From assembly GCF_009914755.1 (NCBI RefSeq), contig NC_060932.1: a DNA stretch of 64,000 nucleotides; one strand, given 5' to 3'. Under the pieces are notes generated by a model. The model was not told the DNA's origin. It did no database searches and saw only the letters and a program-made list of their open reading frames with translations. This DNA is from the human T2T-CHM13v2.0 reference genome, Homo sapiens. The position numbers and the translations under genes were made by a program. Every line of letters starts with the position of its first letter. The first letter of the stretch is position 1. Shown here piece by piece: positions 46,244-64,000 of this stretch.

Positions 46244-47827
46244 TTACACACCTCCTGCGGTTGGAGATCCTTTGAAATGAAAGCAGCACCAGCTGCTGAC
46301 TGCAGGCCTCTCTGCCACCTCTGCCTGCCTGCCCGCCTCACTGCCTGCTCCACCTGCCAGCCTCGCAGGCCCTTCTGACAACAACCTGTCCAGCACAGTC
46401 CCTGCCACCTGCTCTGTGTCTAGCCCTGTGCCGAGGCCCCTGGTGCTGGTGGGCAGCGGAACGTTCGTCCCTGATGCTCCACCGCACATGCTCCGGCACC
46501 CCTTTCCTGGCGTGTGACTGGTGGCTGTCACAGGGGCCCAGGGGAGTGAGGGCATCTGTCTCCATGGGACTGCTAAGGACACAGCAGCAGTGGCAGCCTT
46601 GGGCCATAAATAGCTCACCAGAGAAGCATCCCCCGTTAGAAAGATTTTGGGTAGAAAGTTCAGGGAGAAGAGTTTGCCCAGGAAACATGCCCAGGAGGCC
46701 CTGGTGGGTGAGGCTCCCCGACTAGAAGGGAAGACTGAACAGAGGGCACACGCAGGCAGGGCATGGCCCCAGGCCCATCTCACCAGCCCTGGCAAAGCAA
46801 GCCAACACTGGGACAGGCACTTTGCACCAGGAAGTGCCACAAACCCTGCACGCACTCCATCGCCTGCTTCTCAACAACCCTTCAAACAGCAAAACCCACT
46901 CTCAGCTCCCGGGCTGCAGGCTGGACCCGGCCCACAGGCCACGGTTCCCTAGCCCCCATTCCTTCTCTGTCAGGCATGTGAACAATGTGACATTTTAAAA
47001 TATTTCCAATGGAATATTAAAGGTACGTACAAAGTTCATAGCAAATCCTCAAACTCTAGGGTTCAAATCCTTTAGGAAGGGATATTCAAGTCCTTACTTA
47101 TACTTTGAAAAACCAAAAGCCCCTCTGATCAAGCTCTCTGCAGGCAGGGACGGCACGTGACTAAGGTTCCTCCTGTCCCCCGGGCGAGGCTCTGCAGAGC
47201 TGGGGAGGGGCAGCTCCTACCACGGACGTGGTGCTCCTGCTCCTGTCAGTGCTCCCAAGAATCGCCTTGGGTCAGATGGGGGTCCCCTCATGAAGGAACC
47301 CAGGAGAGCCTCAAGGTGGTAACCAACACCATGGCCACCTTCTCTGAGCACCCAGTCCTTGGCTGGAGCCTGGCCCTGGCCAGTGATTGCGCGAGGGGAC
47401 GGCAAGGCTGACTGCGCCAAGTGCTCGTGAATCGACGCCAAGTCTGCCCCATGCGGCCCCTGCAGCAGCTGCCCAGTGGCCTTCCAGCTTCCACCCCATG
47501 GCAGCCCCAGCGCCTCAATCCTGCTCAGACCTCACCAAGCTCCAGCCACACCACACCCCTGGCTCCCCAAGGCCCTTGGTGCTCCCTGCTCCTCAGCCCT
47601 ACCAAATGGGACTTCCTTTTTCTGGGAGGCTCATGCTGACCCACCCCCCAGGCCCCTCTCCCCACCCCAGCGCCTGGCACAGCCTGGGCTCCCCGGTTCC
47701 CTGGTACTGCCTGTGTGGGCCCCTCACACCACATCCCACGTGCCAGCCAGAGTGCAAGTGTTTGCTGAATGTGGGGATGACACGGCAGACGGCCAAGACT
47801 CTGTCCGAAGGGGACTCCCGGCCTTAC

Positions 47828-47929
47828 CTGGATGCCAGCGTGACTACACAGGTAGAAGTCGAACTCGGTGGGGTGGGTGATTTTCGTGTCCACAGTCGTG
47901 CCTGCTGGAATGTTTCCACTTTTCCCAAC
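47828..47929 (-). CDS. AGO2: AGO2 exon 17 (V724-Q757), 102 nt, phase 0-0
   Basis: ccgaag|GTT...CAG|gtaagg; translates to [34 protein letters not shown]. Confidence 0.96.
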
Positions 47930-48615
47930 CTTCGGCAACACAGGCATCTCGTTAGACACGGCCAGGGACCGGCAGAGCCAAGCAGGCGGGCCAGGCAGCC
48001 GCGCCGCCCGCTGGCCAGGGTGCCCTATTTTGAAGTTTTTAAATTGGCTAATACAGGTCCTCGGTAGGATAGTGTTACATAAAATTTAACAACTGCTGAC
48101 CACCAGGTTAAATGAATTAATGTTCCATGTGGGCTGGGGTTATTTTCCGCCAACTCTCATGAAGGCCCATGAGTTAAATGCAGTCTTTTCACTGCAGAAC
48201 GTGCCTCTGATGCCCTAAGAGTCCCTCGATACTGTTGGTGCTATTTTGATTTGAGGTCAAGATGGAAACTGTCACCAACGTACACATCTAAAGCTAAACC
48301 AGGTGACTGGCTGCGGACAAGCCATCATCCAAGCACAAGCACACCGGCGCTCCAGGCAGAGGCGCTGGGAGGCTCTGAACGCTGTCAGGAGTGCCTGTGC
48401 TTTGCCGGTAGCTTGCGCCCAGCACCTGAGAGAGCAGGGCGGCTCCATCAGAGACTGTCCCAGAGGCCAGGGGTGGTACATATAACCATTCAATGGTTTA
48501 ATTACAAGGTCACAAGCATGGACCAAAAAGTCAGCCAAGATGCAGGCATGGCCACGCCAGCAGCAAACCCCCACCCCACAAGCCCTGCTCCAGCATTTAG
48601 CAAGGTCCCTGATGA

Positions 48616-51490
<2,875 letters not shown>

Positions 51491-51679
51491 CTTCACCAAA
51501 TCAAGGACAGCCTTCTCTAGTGTCTAAACCTGGGTCCCCATGAAGCCCCTTAGAGGACAGAGTCACCCTAGAGCCTGGGACAGCGGCACTGTGGCCAGCA
51601 GGTTCTCTTGTGAGTGTGCTCGGGGTGTGGGGCTGAGGGGAGAACCGTGCCCCCTGCCTGGAGTCATGCAGAAACTCAC

Positions 51680-51814
51680 CCGCTCGTTCTTGTCAGTGCA
51701 GAAGAGCCGGGTGTGGTGCCTCTTCTGCACCACGATGAAGGTGATCCCGGGCTGGTAGTCTTTTTCTAGCTTGATACAGGCCTCACGGATGGCCAGCAAC
51801 TCGTGGTGGAGAAC
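51680..51814 (-). CDS. AGO2: AGO2 exon 16 (V679-R723; includes P700)
   Basis: cctag|GTT...CGG|gtgagt; translates to [45 protein letters not shown]. Confidence 0.97.
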
Positions 51815-52229
51815 CTAGGGGTACGGGAGGGAGGAGGTTGTGCTTAAAGATGGTAGTGCATGTGAGCAACGGTCCCACGTGCGGGTTCTGGGTTGAGAAC
51901 ACCCAGCCGTGGTGATTCTGAGAGACAATGAGTGTGTTCACGGGGAGGTGAAAACACGGGGGCAGAAACCATCCTCTCTGCAGGGAGGACTGGATGCAGG
52001 AAGCGGGGGCTTGGCACTCAGGAATGGGAAGAACACTTCCCCTGGAGGGCCCAGGAGGTTGTGTGTGTGCAAGGGGCGCAGCCAACGCCAGGGATGCAGG
52101 CTGGGCTCTGCGCTGAGAAGGCACATGCAGAGGCCAAGCTCCTGCAGAAGCTCAGGGCAGGCTTTGGGCTGGGCGCAGTGGCTCATGCCTGTAATCCCAG
52201 GACTTTGGGAGGCCGAGTTGGGCGGATCA

Positions 52230-52667
<438 letters not shown>

Positions 52668-53523
52668 CTAAGCTCCTGGGGCAGCCACGGAGGATGTCTT
52701 CCCACCCCACTGGGTGGGGCTCCTCCCCCAACATGCCTGGGGCCGCTTTCTTCTGCTTTTCTTGCTAACACCTCCCAAGGAAGCGACCGTGTGGCATGGC
52801 GAGGGGTGGGGAGGAATCGGCTCTAGCCAACGGGAGAAACATTCAGGGCACCCATCGCCCGGGTTCCAGGCCAAGATGGACTCATTCCTGCCCACAGGTC
52901 ACCTTGATCTGGGGGTGCTGCGTGTGCTCTCAACCAAAGACAGCAACGAAACTCCCCTCACCCCTCTGTGATGGCTTCCCTGCCTGTCCAGACTCAGCAG
53001 TGACCCATTGTGGCCGTCCCTCTCTCTACATCCAGACAGTGGCCGCGTCCTGGCGACCCTACCTTCAACAGAGCTGCCACCTATCCATCCTTCTGGCCCT
53101 GCCTCCACACCTCTCACACTGCAGACAGGCGTCCCCAGACGCAATGAGCTCCCCGCCTCGCAGGGACACCCGACAGCTCTCCACAGCCTGCAAGGCAAAG
53201 CCAGGCCCTCGGGAAGCCCCCAGATGGAGCTCTGCTCTGCAAGTCAGCGGAACTCAAGCGTCTCTCCCCCATCTCTTGGTCCCCAGGCCCATACCCGCCC
53301 CTCCTCCCCTCCCTCTGTCCTGCCTCAGTGTCATGTGTTAGGGTCTCGACAGCCCCGTGTCCCATCTCCTCCCCTGGACCCCCTTCCATGGTGTGACCAG
53401 ATCAGCCTTGGGGCCGAATGAGAGCCACATCATTCTTGCCATTCATCGAGCGTGGTTCTGCTGCACAAACAGGTGAATTACAGACCCCAGAGAAGGGGAG
53501 GGAAGGTTCCAAGAGGCGCCCAC

Positions 53524-53718
53524 CTGCTGGAACTGGCCTTCAGAGACACCGTCGCGGTAGAAGATGATGCGGGTGGGCTTGAAGCGCGTGGACTTGTAGA
53601 ACTGGATGAGGAGCTCGCGGACCATGGCGGCCAGGTCTTGTATGATCTCCTGCCGGTGCTGCTGCACGCGCACGGTGGCGCAGTAGCGATTGGGGTGGGC
53701 GTCCATGCTGCCCACCAC
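53524..53718 (-). CDS. AGO2: AGO2 exon 15 (V614-Q678; catalytic E637 and D669)
   Basis: ctgcag|GTG...CAG|gtgggc; translates to [65 protein letters not shown]. Confidence 0.97.
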
Positions 53719-55297
53719 CTGCAGGAACAGGCAGTGAGTGTGGTCAGGGGTTCCCAAAACTTTCCTTTCCTGGGCATGTGCCTGGACTCTCGGGAAGATG
53801 GGGACGAGAAGTGTCCCCACCCTGGAACTCATGTCACTGTCAAGTGACAATGGCTGGCTGGGTGTGAACTCAGCCTTTAGGCTTTTGGTGTCTGGCAATA
53901 GTGTTCGTAAATACGTACTGAAGTACAAAAGTTTGCCAAGTTACATAGTTTAAACAAAACAAAACAAAACAAAACAAAACAGGCCGGGTGCAGTGGCTCA
54001 CACCTGTAATCCCAGCACTTTGGAGGCCGAGATGGGCGGATCACCTGAGGTCAGGAGTTTGAGACCAGCCTGGCCAACATGGTAAAACCCTGTCTCTACT
54101 AAAAATATAAAAATGAGCTGGGCATGGTGGTGCGTGCCTGTAATCCTAGCTACTCGGGAGGCTGAGGCAGGAAAACTGCTTGAACCCAGGAGGCGGAGGT
54201 TACAGTGAGCCGAGATCACACCACGCACTCCAGCCTGGGCAACAGAGTGAGACTCTATCTCAAAAACAAAAACAAAAACAAAAACAGAAAAACAGATTAG
54301 AACTATCCTCTGCTTGGGATCAGATGTGGCTGAATTAATCAGTCCAAAGAAGGCAATGGGTGGGGGTGTCCCTATTTCTTCCAAAGAAACTACAAGCACA
54401 TCAACAGCATCCCCGAAGGCACACCAGCCATGCAAGCAGCCACCGGAAGGTGCCAGCCATGAAGAGGGCAGACAGAGAGAGCCTAGCACGGCTCTGCGGT
54501 TCTCTGTCGGGGGCCAAGGGAGCGTGAGGGATGAGGTGGCCCAGCCCATGGAGGGAACCGGGTAGATCCCCACGTGTCGCTCCACCCTCTGGCTGCGGAA
54601 GGAAAGGTCCTTAAATTTTGAAAAAACACTGATGGAAATAAAACCTCTCATGTCACTGAAAAATAGGAACTGCTTCTTGGCAATCTGCCTCCTTCTTCGT
54701 AAATCCTTACAGAACAAGTTCTTTCCCAGTTAATTCTCCCACTATTCCACGTCCTTTGTCCTGCCTTGGGCTATAATTTTTCTCTTAAACCAAGAGAAAA
54801 ATAAATAAACTCTGTAATGTTTCCAGTTGGTATAAACAGAAATACATTAACATAAACAGAAATCTGTTCCTATTGATTGAGAATTGTGGGGATAGGGGAT
54901 AAACACACAGATTTCTCTGTTCCTGAAAACTTGAAAAAAAAAAAAAAAACCAGCCTAAGGCTCCAAAAGCCCAAGATATAGTTGAATGCTTCATAACATT
55001 TGTACAGAAAAAAACAAAGCTAACGGGGACCAGGTGAGGTGGGGACAGGGGAGGGCGCCAGCCCGCTGTGCTGCGGGCTTTCCCCAGCTGCAGGACCCTC
55101 GGGGGGTCCCCTCTGTGCCCTGGCTCCCTCCTGGGCACACTGGTGCCCAGCTGTGGCTCGGTGACAGCCATGCGGTGCTTCCCCATCAGAGGAAAGGGCT
55201 GAAAATGGCTCAGCATGGCCAGGTGCAGTGGCTCACGCCTGTCATCCCAGCACTTTGGGAGGTTGAAGCAGGTGGATCACCTGAGGTCAGGAGTTCA

Positions 55298-55490
<193 letters not shown>

Positions 55491-56542
55491 TCACAAAACA
55501 AAACAAAACAAAACAAAAAACAAAAATAGAAACAACAAAAAAAAACCCACAAAACAACAACAACAACAACAAAAAAACGACTCAGCAAAGTGAGCAGCGG
55601 TATATGCGTGGGAGTGGTGGGGTTGTGATTATCGGGCCAAGTGGCAAGAATTAGTTGATGCATGTGAATTTCCTTAAAGGAAGTGTGCCCTGAATAACAC
55701 CAGAGCACATATCATGTTGCTTTTCTTCCACCTGGGGCAGCTCGAATGGCTTCCTTGCGTCCCAGATAGATTCTCTTGCTCCATATTCTCTCCCAACTAA
55801 TGAAATAATAATGGTAGCATTTTCTTTTTCTTTTTTGAGAGAAAATCTCACTTTGTTGGCCAGGCTGGAGTGCAGCGGCGCAATCTCTTCTCACTGCAGC
55901 CTCGACCTCCTGTGCTCTGGCAATCCTCTCACCTCAGCCTCCTAGGTAGCAGGAACTACAGGCGCACGCCACCACCCCCAGCTATTTTTGTAGAGATGGG
56001 CGTTCGCCATGTTGCCCAGGCTGGAATGTAAGCATTTTCTGAGCATCTACTATGTGCCAGGCACCGTGCCAGGGGCTTAACGACATCATTTCCTAATTCT
56101 CCCATGAGGTCAACATTTGTTTCCTCATTTTACACCCAAGAAAGTTCTGAAACATTAAGCTCATTGTGCAAGAGAAACAAGAAAACAGAAGCAGCACGGG
56201 CCTGTCTGGGGTTCGGGGCTGTGTCCAAGGCCGGAGTTCTCATGCTGTGGGGGCACAGGCGTCATCACACCCTAGGCTACCACCCGCCAGTCAGGCCATG
56301 TGCAAGGGGGCCTCCTTGCCCTTCAGACCTCCCAAAGGGCTGGATAGGCATGAGCCCCTATGCCCCACCTCTGACTGCTTCTTAGAACTTATTTTGTGTC
56401 ATTCTAGTGTCCCCTCCAGACACCTCTCTCCCACAAGACCCCGGCCGTCCCTACCGCAGCTTAGTGAGACCCCATGCCTTTCAGGAAGGACCCCTGGCCA
56501 CGCTGTGACAGTGGGACTTCGACAGCGTCCTGCATGTTGTCA

Positions 56543-56737
<195 letters not shown>

Positions 56738-56995
56738 TCACCTTTTGGAGGTGGTCAGTGTATCATGGTAATGCTTTTGAAAAGAATCCTTATCTTTTAA
56801 CCGGAATACTAAAAACCCTGCAGATTAAATGACACAAGGTCTGAAATCTGCTTCAGAATAGCCACGGGTTGGGGGGCTTGGGTGGAGTGTACTCCAGACC
56901 AGATGGGCCAGGAGCTGACAGCTGTTGAGGCTGGGGCTCAGGCCCAGGAGGGCTCACCCTTCTACCCTCTACTCCCTCTGCAGCCACACCCACGC

Positions 56996-57205
56996 CAGGG
57001 TTTCTCACCGCCACCCTTAGCACCACCAATGCCTGGGGCCAGCTCGCTCTTTGTTGGGGTAGGGGGCTGTCCCCAGCATGGGCAGACGCTGAGAGGCCTC
57101 CACTCACTGGATGCCAGTAGCACTCCATCAAGCCTGACACCCCAACATGTCTCCAGACATGACCACGCGTCCCCTGGCAGCAAAACCACCCCATGGAGAA
57201 CTTTC
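56996..57205 (-). mobile_element. MER20-like hAT-Charlie DNA transposon
   Basis: cagggtttctca...gggggctgtcc...ggcctccactcactggatgccagtagcac...atgtctccagacat...tcccctgg...ggagaac matches the recalled reverse complement of MER20. Confidence 0.7.
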
Positions 57206-59823
57206 AGACCCTGAGTGTATCCCAGTGGGGACTTCCCTGGGAGGCAGCACGCACAGGGGCAAGGACAGGCATGTGGGCCTCGGGCTCTCCGGGGAAAGGC
57301 GGAGGTGGTGACAGCACCTTCCTCCCGGGTTGAGAGTGCACCGCCGCACACCCCACCCAGCCTTGCTCGGCTGCTGCAGGCAACATCAGGAAGCATCAGA
57401 AGTGGCCGTTCTGCCAGCCCTGCCTGTTGGAAACCAGGTACATGAGGCCCTCGCCTCTGCTGCCCTCTCCCCGCATCCATTTCCCCGCATGCCTGTGACT
57501 CACTCTCCGCCCACATCCTCTCACTCCCATCGCCTGCCTTGCGGCAGAGCTCCGACTCAGCCGAACCCATCACTGCTTGCGCTGGCTCCCAGGCCCCTTC
57601 TAGTCAGACTTCTCACGGCCACAGCAACAGGGCTCCTCTCCCCAAGGTCACCGATGAGCTCTGCATCACCCAGACCCATGGCCGAGCCTCAGGCCTCGCT
57701 GCGTCTGGCCCGCTGCAGGACACACTTCCCTTGGTGCCTAGGGCCCTGCGGCCGGCCTCCCTGCCCCAGCCTCTCCCATCTCCGCTGCTGGTTCCTCCCT
57801 CTCCAGGCCTTGAACTCCAGCCTTCTCTAGGGCCCAGGGCTTGGAATACCACCTGTCTGCTAAGGATTCCTGGATCCTGTCTCCCCTGATGCCAGCCTCC
57901 TGGCTCCCACCGTCCACTCATCAGCTGCACTCAAATGACCTGCAGACGCTGTGGGGGCCAGTTCATCCACGCCCAGTGCTCACCCTCCCAACAGCCTCCC
58001 CGTCTAATGATGACGGGGTCTCTCCTGCAGCCCAGGCCAAGGGCCTTGATTTTTCCTTCACACACAGCCCAATCCCACCTGCCAGCAAGTCCCAGGGCTC
58101 TATCTTCAAAACATCTCAAAGTCTAGATGCTCCCACTCTGTGCCCCTGCCCTGGCGTGGCCGAGGCCACCAGCCCCTCTCGGCTTCACGGAGCCAGAGGT
58201 GGCCACACTGTCGGGTGCCTCCGACGGCCCCAGCTCACCCCAGCTCACCAGAGGGAGCCTTCGTTCCCCAGCATTCCCCAGGCAGCACGTGGGAGGGCCT
58301 GTCTCTTGTCTGCTCTCATGGTCCTCTCATGGCTCTGCTGTGCACCTGCCGCCTGTACGATGGGCTCATGACCTGGGTGCCTCCACCAGGACTTCCGGCC
58401 CGGTGCTGCCCACTTATGGCCCAAACTCCCTGCACACAGTAGGTACTCAATAAATACAGAACCTGTTGACTGAGGAACAGCACTTTCAGTTCCCAGCCAG
58501 CTCTGGATTGGTCTTCGCTCATTCCCATGAACCTGTTTCACTGCAGAGCCCGCACCCCACGCTCACAGCCGTTCCACTCGGAATCCAGGTTCTTCCCATG
58601 TTATTATCCCGCTCCCTGATGAATTCAACGGACTGTTTCTGGGTGCGTGTAACTCGGTAGCTCTCAAAACCTGGTCCCCCATGTGGCAGCATCGGCACTG
58701 TGTCCGTCCACTTGCTAGGGGTGGAAATTCCTGGCCCCAATCAGTCCTGCTGAGTAGGACACTCGGGAACGAGCCCCGCTGGGGTTCAAGAGCTGCTCAG
58801 GTGTGAGGACACTGTGGTGGCCAAGCACAGGCCTGTGCACACAGCAGGGGCTCACCACCGCCCACTTTCCAAATACAGAGGGTCACTGCCTTAAGGCAGT
58901 TCGATTTAGGATTCTTAACTCTGTGACGGCGTGCCAGTGATGCAGATTTAGCGCACTGCCTGGCTTAGGATGGCTTTATCAGCTGAGCCCCACTGTGACT
59001 GGGAGCTCCAACAGATCCACGCCACAGGGGCTGCCTATGGCCTCCAGTTCCCTCCTGCCCAAACGCACAAATAATCTGATTCTACGTATTCTCCGTTGTT
59101 GTCGTCCAAATGTTAAGACAACTGCCAGGGTTGGCAAAGATGCCTGTCATCGTGTGGAGACGTCTTTCTTGCCTACATCACAGGTTGGTGGCTTTGGAGG
59201 AGGGGAAGAAGCAAACCCTGGCCCTGCCCTGGAATACCTGGATGCTCAGCCAGTCAGGAGGTGCCAGAGGAGGGTGCAGCTCCATCACCCCCAACCCCCG
59301 TCCCCGGCGGTCAGCCCTGGGCCTCTGAGACCGGCAGGTGGCCAGCGCTTGGCCACATATCCTGTCCTGGCCTGGGAGCTGCCAACAGTGTGCTCCCATG
59401 AGGAGCTTTTCAGTCTAAAGTCCCAGCACGACGCAGCATCCATGACTAGCCTGGTGTGGGAAGCATGGTAGAGGGCCCTGGTCCACACGGTAGCTGCTGC
59501 TGCTGCTGAGCCAGGGAAGCCCATCTCCATCTCCTGGCCATCCAAGGCATGCCCTGCTCTGCCTTGCCCACTGGGATTCGAGGCACAAATTTCTCTGTCT
59601 GGAAACCCGGCCACAGTGCTCAAACTCCTGCAGACGCCCCTGGTCCCCAGCAGAGCGTGAGCAGCCAGATCTATGTCTGACATCTTTGCTCTGCTGTGGC
59701 CAGGACGGTGCTGGGCCCAGGTGAAGGGACCCTGCCCCCCTGCCCCCTGCATACCGCACCCCACCCTGCCAAGCGTCCCACTGTGCCCTGGTCCGCAGGC
59801 GGAGGTAAAGGGGCCGGGCCTCA

Positions 59824-60264
<441 letters not shown>

Positions 60265-60386
60265 CTATCTCATCCCTCCAATTTATCAACAAAACGATTT
60301 AAATGCCTCACCTAGGGCCCCAGGGCAGGAGAGAAAGAGCCCAGCTAAAAGAAAGGACTTGGCTCCCTGCTTAGGAAGGCCACTTA

Positions 60387-60713
<327 letters not shown>

Positions 60714-61377
60714 TCACACCACGGCGCCCTGGCTGTAAGCAAATGCTTGGGTGGTTAAAAATAAAAACACTGGCACCCTCCAAATCCTTGGCAGATGTAG
60801 ACCTGACATCAAAGAGCTCCACGGACCCACCCCCCGCTATTCCTGGTCTCTTTCATGAAGCAACTGGTCAGCTGCTCCCTGGGCAGGTCTGGGGAAATGG
60901 TGACCCTGGGACAGTGTTAGCAGGATGTCAACACCAACAGCTTTTTCTTCCCTTCTTTTTTTGGGATGTTGAACTGAGAGAAGTGTGGTTTTTACATGTC
61001 AATAATCTGTCTGTGGCTCAGCGTGGGGCCCTGTGGGTGACCCCCTGGCATGGACTTTGGCGAAACTCCACAAAATTCTGAGGTGGGCACAGAGTGGTTA
61101 CACATAGGCTGAGTCCCGGGCAGGAGGTGACCCTGGTGCAACGCTCTGTGCGTTAAACAAACGTTCCCCCATCCAGCCAACACGCATGCTGTATGATGGG
61201 CGGGGTGCCCACCCATGTGCCAAGGCCTGTGCCACCTGAGGGTGCTGACTGCCCAGGACCATGGCATCATACAGGACGACGGGGAGGCCCTGAACACAGT
61301 GATCAGAAGTGGCAGTGATGACAAGCCACCTCTTCTTCCTCAGCCTCCTGAAAGGCCCAAAAGGAGCACCTTTCTCA

Positions 61378-61704
<327 letters not shown>

Positions 61705-63658
61705 TCAGGCCGACCAGAGGCTCTAACACAAGGGCGTCATTTTTACAAAGCCCAAAGCACTTTCATTGAGGTCAAAATTGTTCTTAAAGTCCTGAATGAG
61801 GCCAGAATTCAGAGCTACATCTCCTAACACATACTAACTCATGAGAAAGGTTAAGTGTGCTAAACATACATGTAACATGTAAGTGCACTCAAAAGTCACA
61901 TGCGGCTAACTTGCCACCGTAACACAGCAGCCTTTAAACCGCGCTCACGCTGCCTCGCGGCTGTGGCGGCCCCAGGGCAGTGATGTGATGCTGTCCCCGT
62001 AAAGCTGCTGAGCAGCGCCTGGAGCTCTTGTGAAGCTCTCCCCACGTGCAGGCCAGGCACTGTCAGAGTGAGGGAGGTTTTCAGCTCACTGTCCTTTTGG
62101 ATCTTTTCCCCCAGTAGTTCTGATGGGCATAACTTGGACTGTATGACATCATCACGAGAGAAAACAGCAGCCCGCAGCCTGAGGAGTGGCAGCAGCTGGC
62201 AACGGCCAGCCTTGTGAAGCTGGGGCGGGGTGGGAGGCAGGGCAGCGGCTTCTATTTTAAGCCGAAGACTAAGAATCATGTCACCTTCTACAATAAGGGC
62301 GAGGACACGGCACTCCAACCCAGCCAGTGTCCAATTTCCTGTACATTAGATCAGGTCAAGAAACACGTGTGTGTCCACCCATATCTTCAGCTCCAGGCCA
62401 AAGTGAAGGAAGGGGCCAAGGACAAAAGAAGGGGCAGGAGGCGACCCTGTGTTCAGAACTAACCTACTTCAGCTTGCTTCCCAAACCCCCTCTCTAGGCT
62501 TCCACCTCCTCTGCCAGCAGTGTGGACACAAGGTGGCCTCAGAAGGACAGATGGCCACTCGCCAGCAAGACGTCAGCTCTGAGGGCCATGCTGGTTCGCA
62601 GTCAGCCCTTGCTGGAACTGTTAAGGGACCGGCTACACCTCACAGGCTGGAGTTCTCCCCTGCTGCCCCCACAGAGCGGGGAAGCAAAGACTTTATGTTC
62701 CCTTTGAAGTCTGGCACAAAGGCACGAGCCACCCTGCTGTGTGCTCCCAACACAGTCCCGCTGGGCCCGTACCTGGCACGGCTGTGCTGGCCGAGGCGAG
62801 CATCCTGGGTGAGGGCAGGCCCTTCCACAGCACTTGGGCCTCCTAGAGGGCCTGGTACTCACCTGGGCAGGTGGCAGAGACCTGAACCAAAACTTCTCTC
62901 CTCTTAATCACTCCTCTTGTCTGGGAAGGAAGATAACACTCCCAGCCTCTCCACCTCTCTATTTCACCTTCTCTTCCTATTTTTTTTCTTGAGATGGGGT
63001 CTTGCTTTTTCACCCAGGGTGGAGTGCAATGGTGTGATCTAGGCTCACTGCAACCTCCACCTCCCGGGTTCAAGCGATTCTCCAGCCTCAGTGCCCTGAG
63101 TAGCTGGGACTACAGGTGCACCACCACGCTTGGCTAATTTTTCTATTTTTCGTAGAGATGGGCTGGTCTCAAACTCCTGACCTCAAGTGATCCTTCTGCC
63201 TCAGCCTCCCAAAGTGCTGGGGATTACAGGCATGAGCCACTGTGCCCGACCCATCTCTTCCTGATTCTGTCTTCATTTTCTCCTTCTAATTTACACAAAT
63301 ATGGAGCCAAATTATTATTTTTTAAAATAACTGTAGTTCATTGAATCCAATTCTCTCTTTTGCCCCTACTTATAAATTTCCTTCAGATCCTGTTTGGTTT
63401 TGTCTACGGTCTGCGTTACTTCTCCATGCTCACTGCGAGGGTGGGTCCCAGGAGTGAGAGGGGCACCGATGGGGCCAGCATGTCTTGCCCTGGCCCGGCC
63501 AATGGTACGTGACAGGGAAAGGCTGATGAACCCTGACATCAAAACCCATACCAGCACCCTCACCCCCACCCCAACCAGAGTCAGCCCTGCAAGTGGTCAC
63601 TTGAGCTGCCCATCGGGCAGCACCCCCAGGCCGGAGCCTCTGCCTGTGGCGGGCTTAC

Positions 63659-63792
63659 TTCAGATGGACTTCCGTGCACTGGCGCTGGGGGGCGAAGCAC
63701 GCAATGGCCCACACCTTGATCTCGATGCCCGTGTGGAACTGCTTGTTCCGCATGTCCCAGACGCCCTGGACAGGGGTCGCAATAGCTTTATT
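63659..63792 (-). CDS. AGO2: AGO2 exon 11 (N424-K468; L2 linker/MID); upstream exons lie beyond the window
   Basis: ttgcag|AAT...AA|gtaagc; translates to [44 protein letters not shown]; 134 nt. Confidence 0.96.
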
Positions 63793-64000
63793 CTGCAAAT
63801 GGCAAAAGGTTCAGGGTGAGAAAAAAATGGAAAACATATTCCTTCAACCTTAGACTTTGTCACTCTCACTGTTGGTCCCCCTGACCAACAACTGCTTCTC
63901 AGGGAAAGAACTTTTGTGTTGTCTCCTGTCTCTGACCTGCCTAGTGATGCAGACAACTGACAGGATCGGTAGATGGATGGGCTGGTGGAAGATGGGTGGG

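Noticed and set aside
63787-63792. AATAAA at the start of AGO2 exon 11 as a premature poly(A) signal
   Set aside because: It encodes Asn-Lys at the acceptor and has no clear downstream U/GU-rich element.

Overview
This is human (primate) genomic DNA, recognisable as the chr8q24.3 CHRAC1-AGO2 locus. Bases 1-22.8 kb are intergenic and packed with transposons: dozens of Alus, an MLT2B LTR, a solo LTR12C/ERV9 LTR with a 4-bp target-site duplication (TSD), MER31, a 5'-truncated L1PA and ERVL internal fragments. CHRAC1 (+ strand, 3 exons, 131 aa histone-fold protein) starts in a CpG island at ~23.1-24.75 kb. Facing it on the - strand are the last nine coding exons of AGO2 (residues 424-859, MID and PIWI domains, intact D597-E637-D669-H807 slicer tetrad). 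These are followed by an ~11.9 kb 3' UTR with no recognisable Alu and many poly(A) signals. All exon boundaries were checked for GT-AG and reading phase. I see no new protein-coding system, and nearly all ORFs in the supplied track are repeat or GC-content artefacts. The best leads are: (1) an ~84-bp non-Alu segment plus its Alu junction copied in inverted orientation 13.4 kb away; (2) the weak, in-frame AGO2 exon 17 bracketed by inverted Alu clusters; (3) a leaky UGA-C AGO2 stop followed by 28 open codons; (4) miRNA seed sites in the AGO2 UTR split by alternative polyadenylation; (5) a datable AluJ < AluY < LTR12C nesting.
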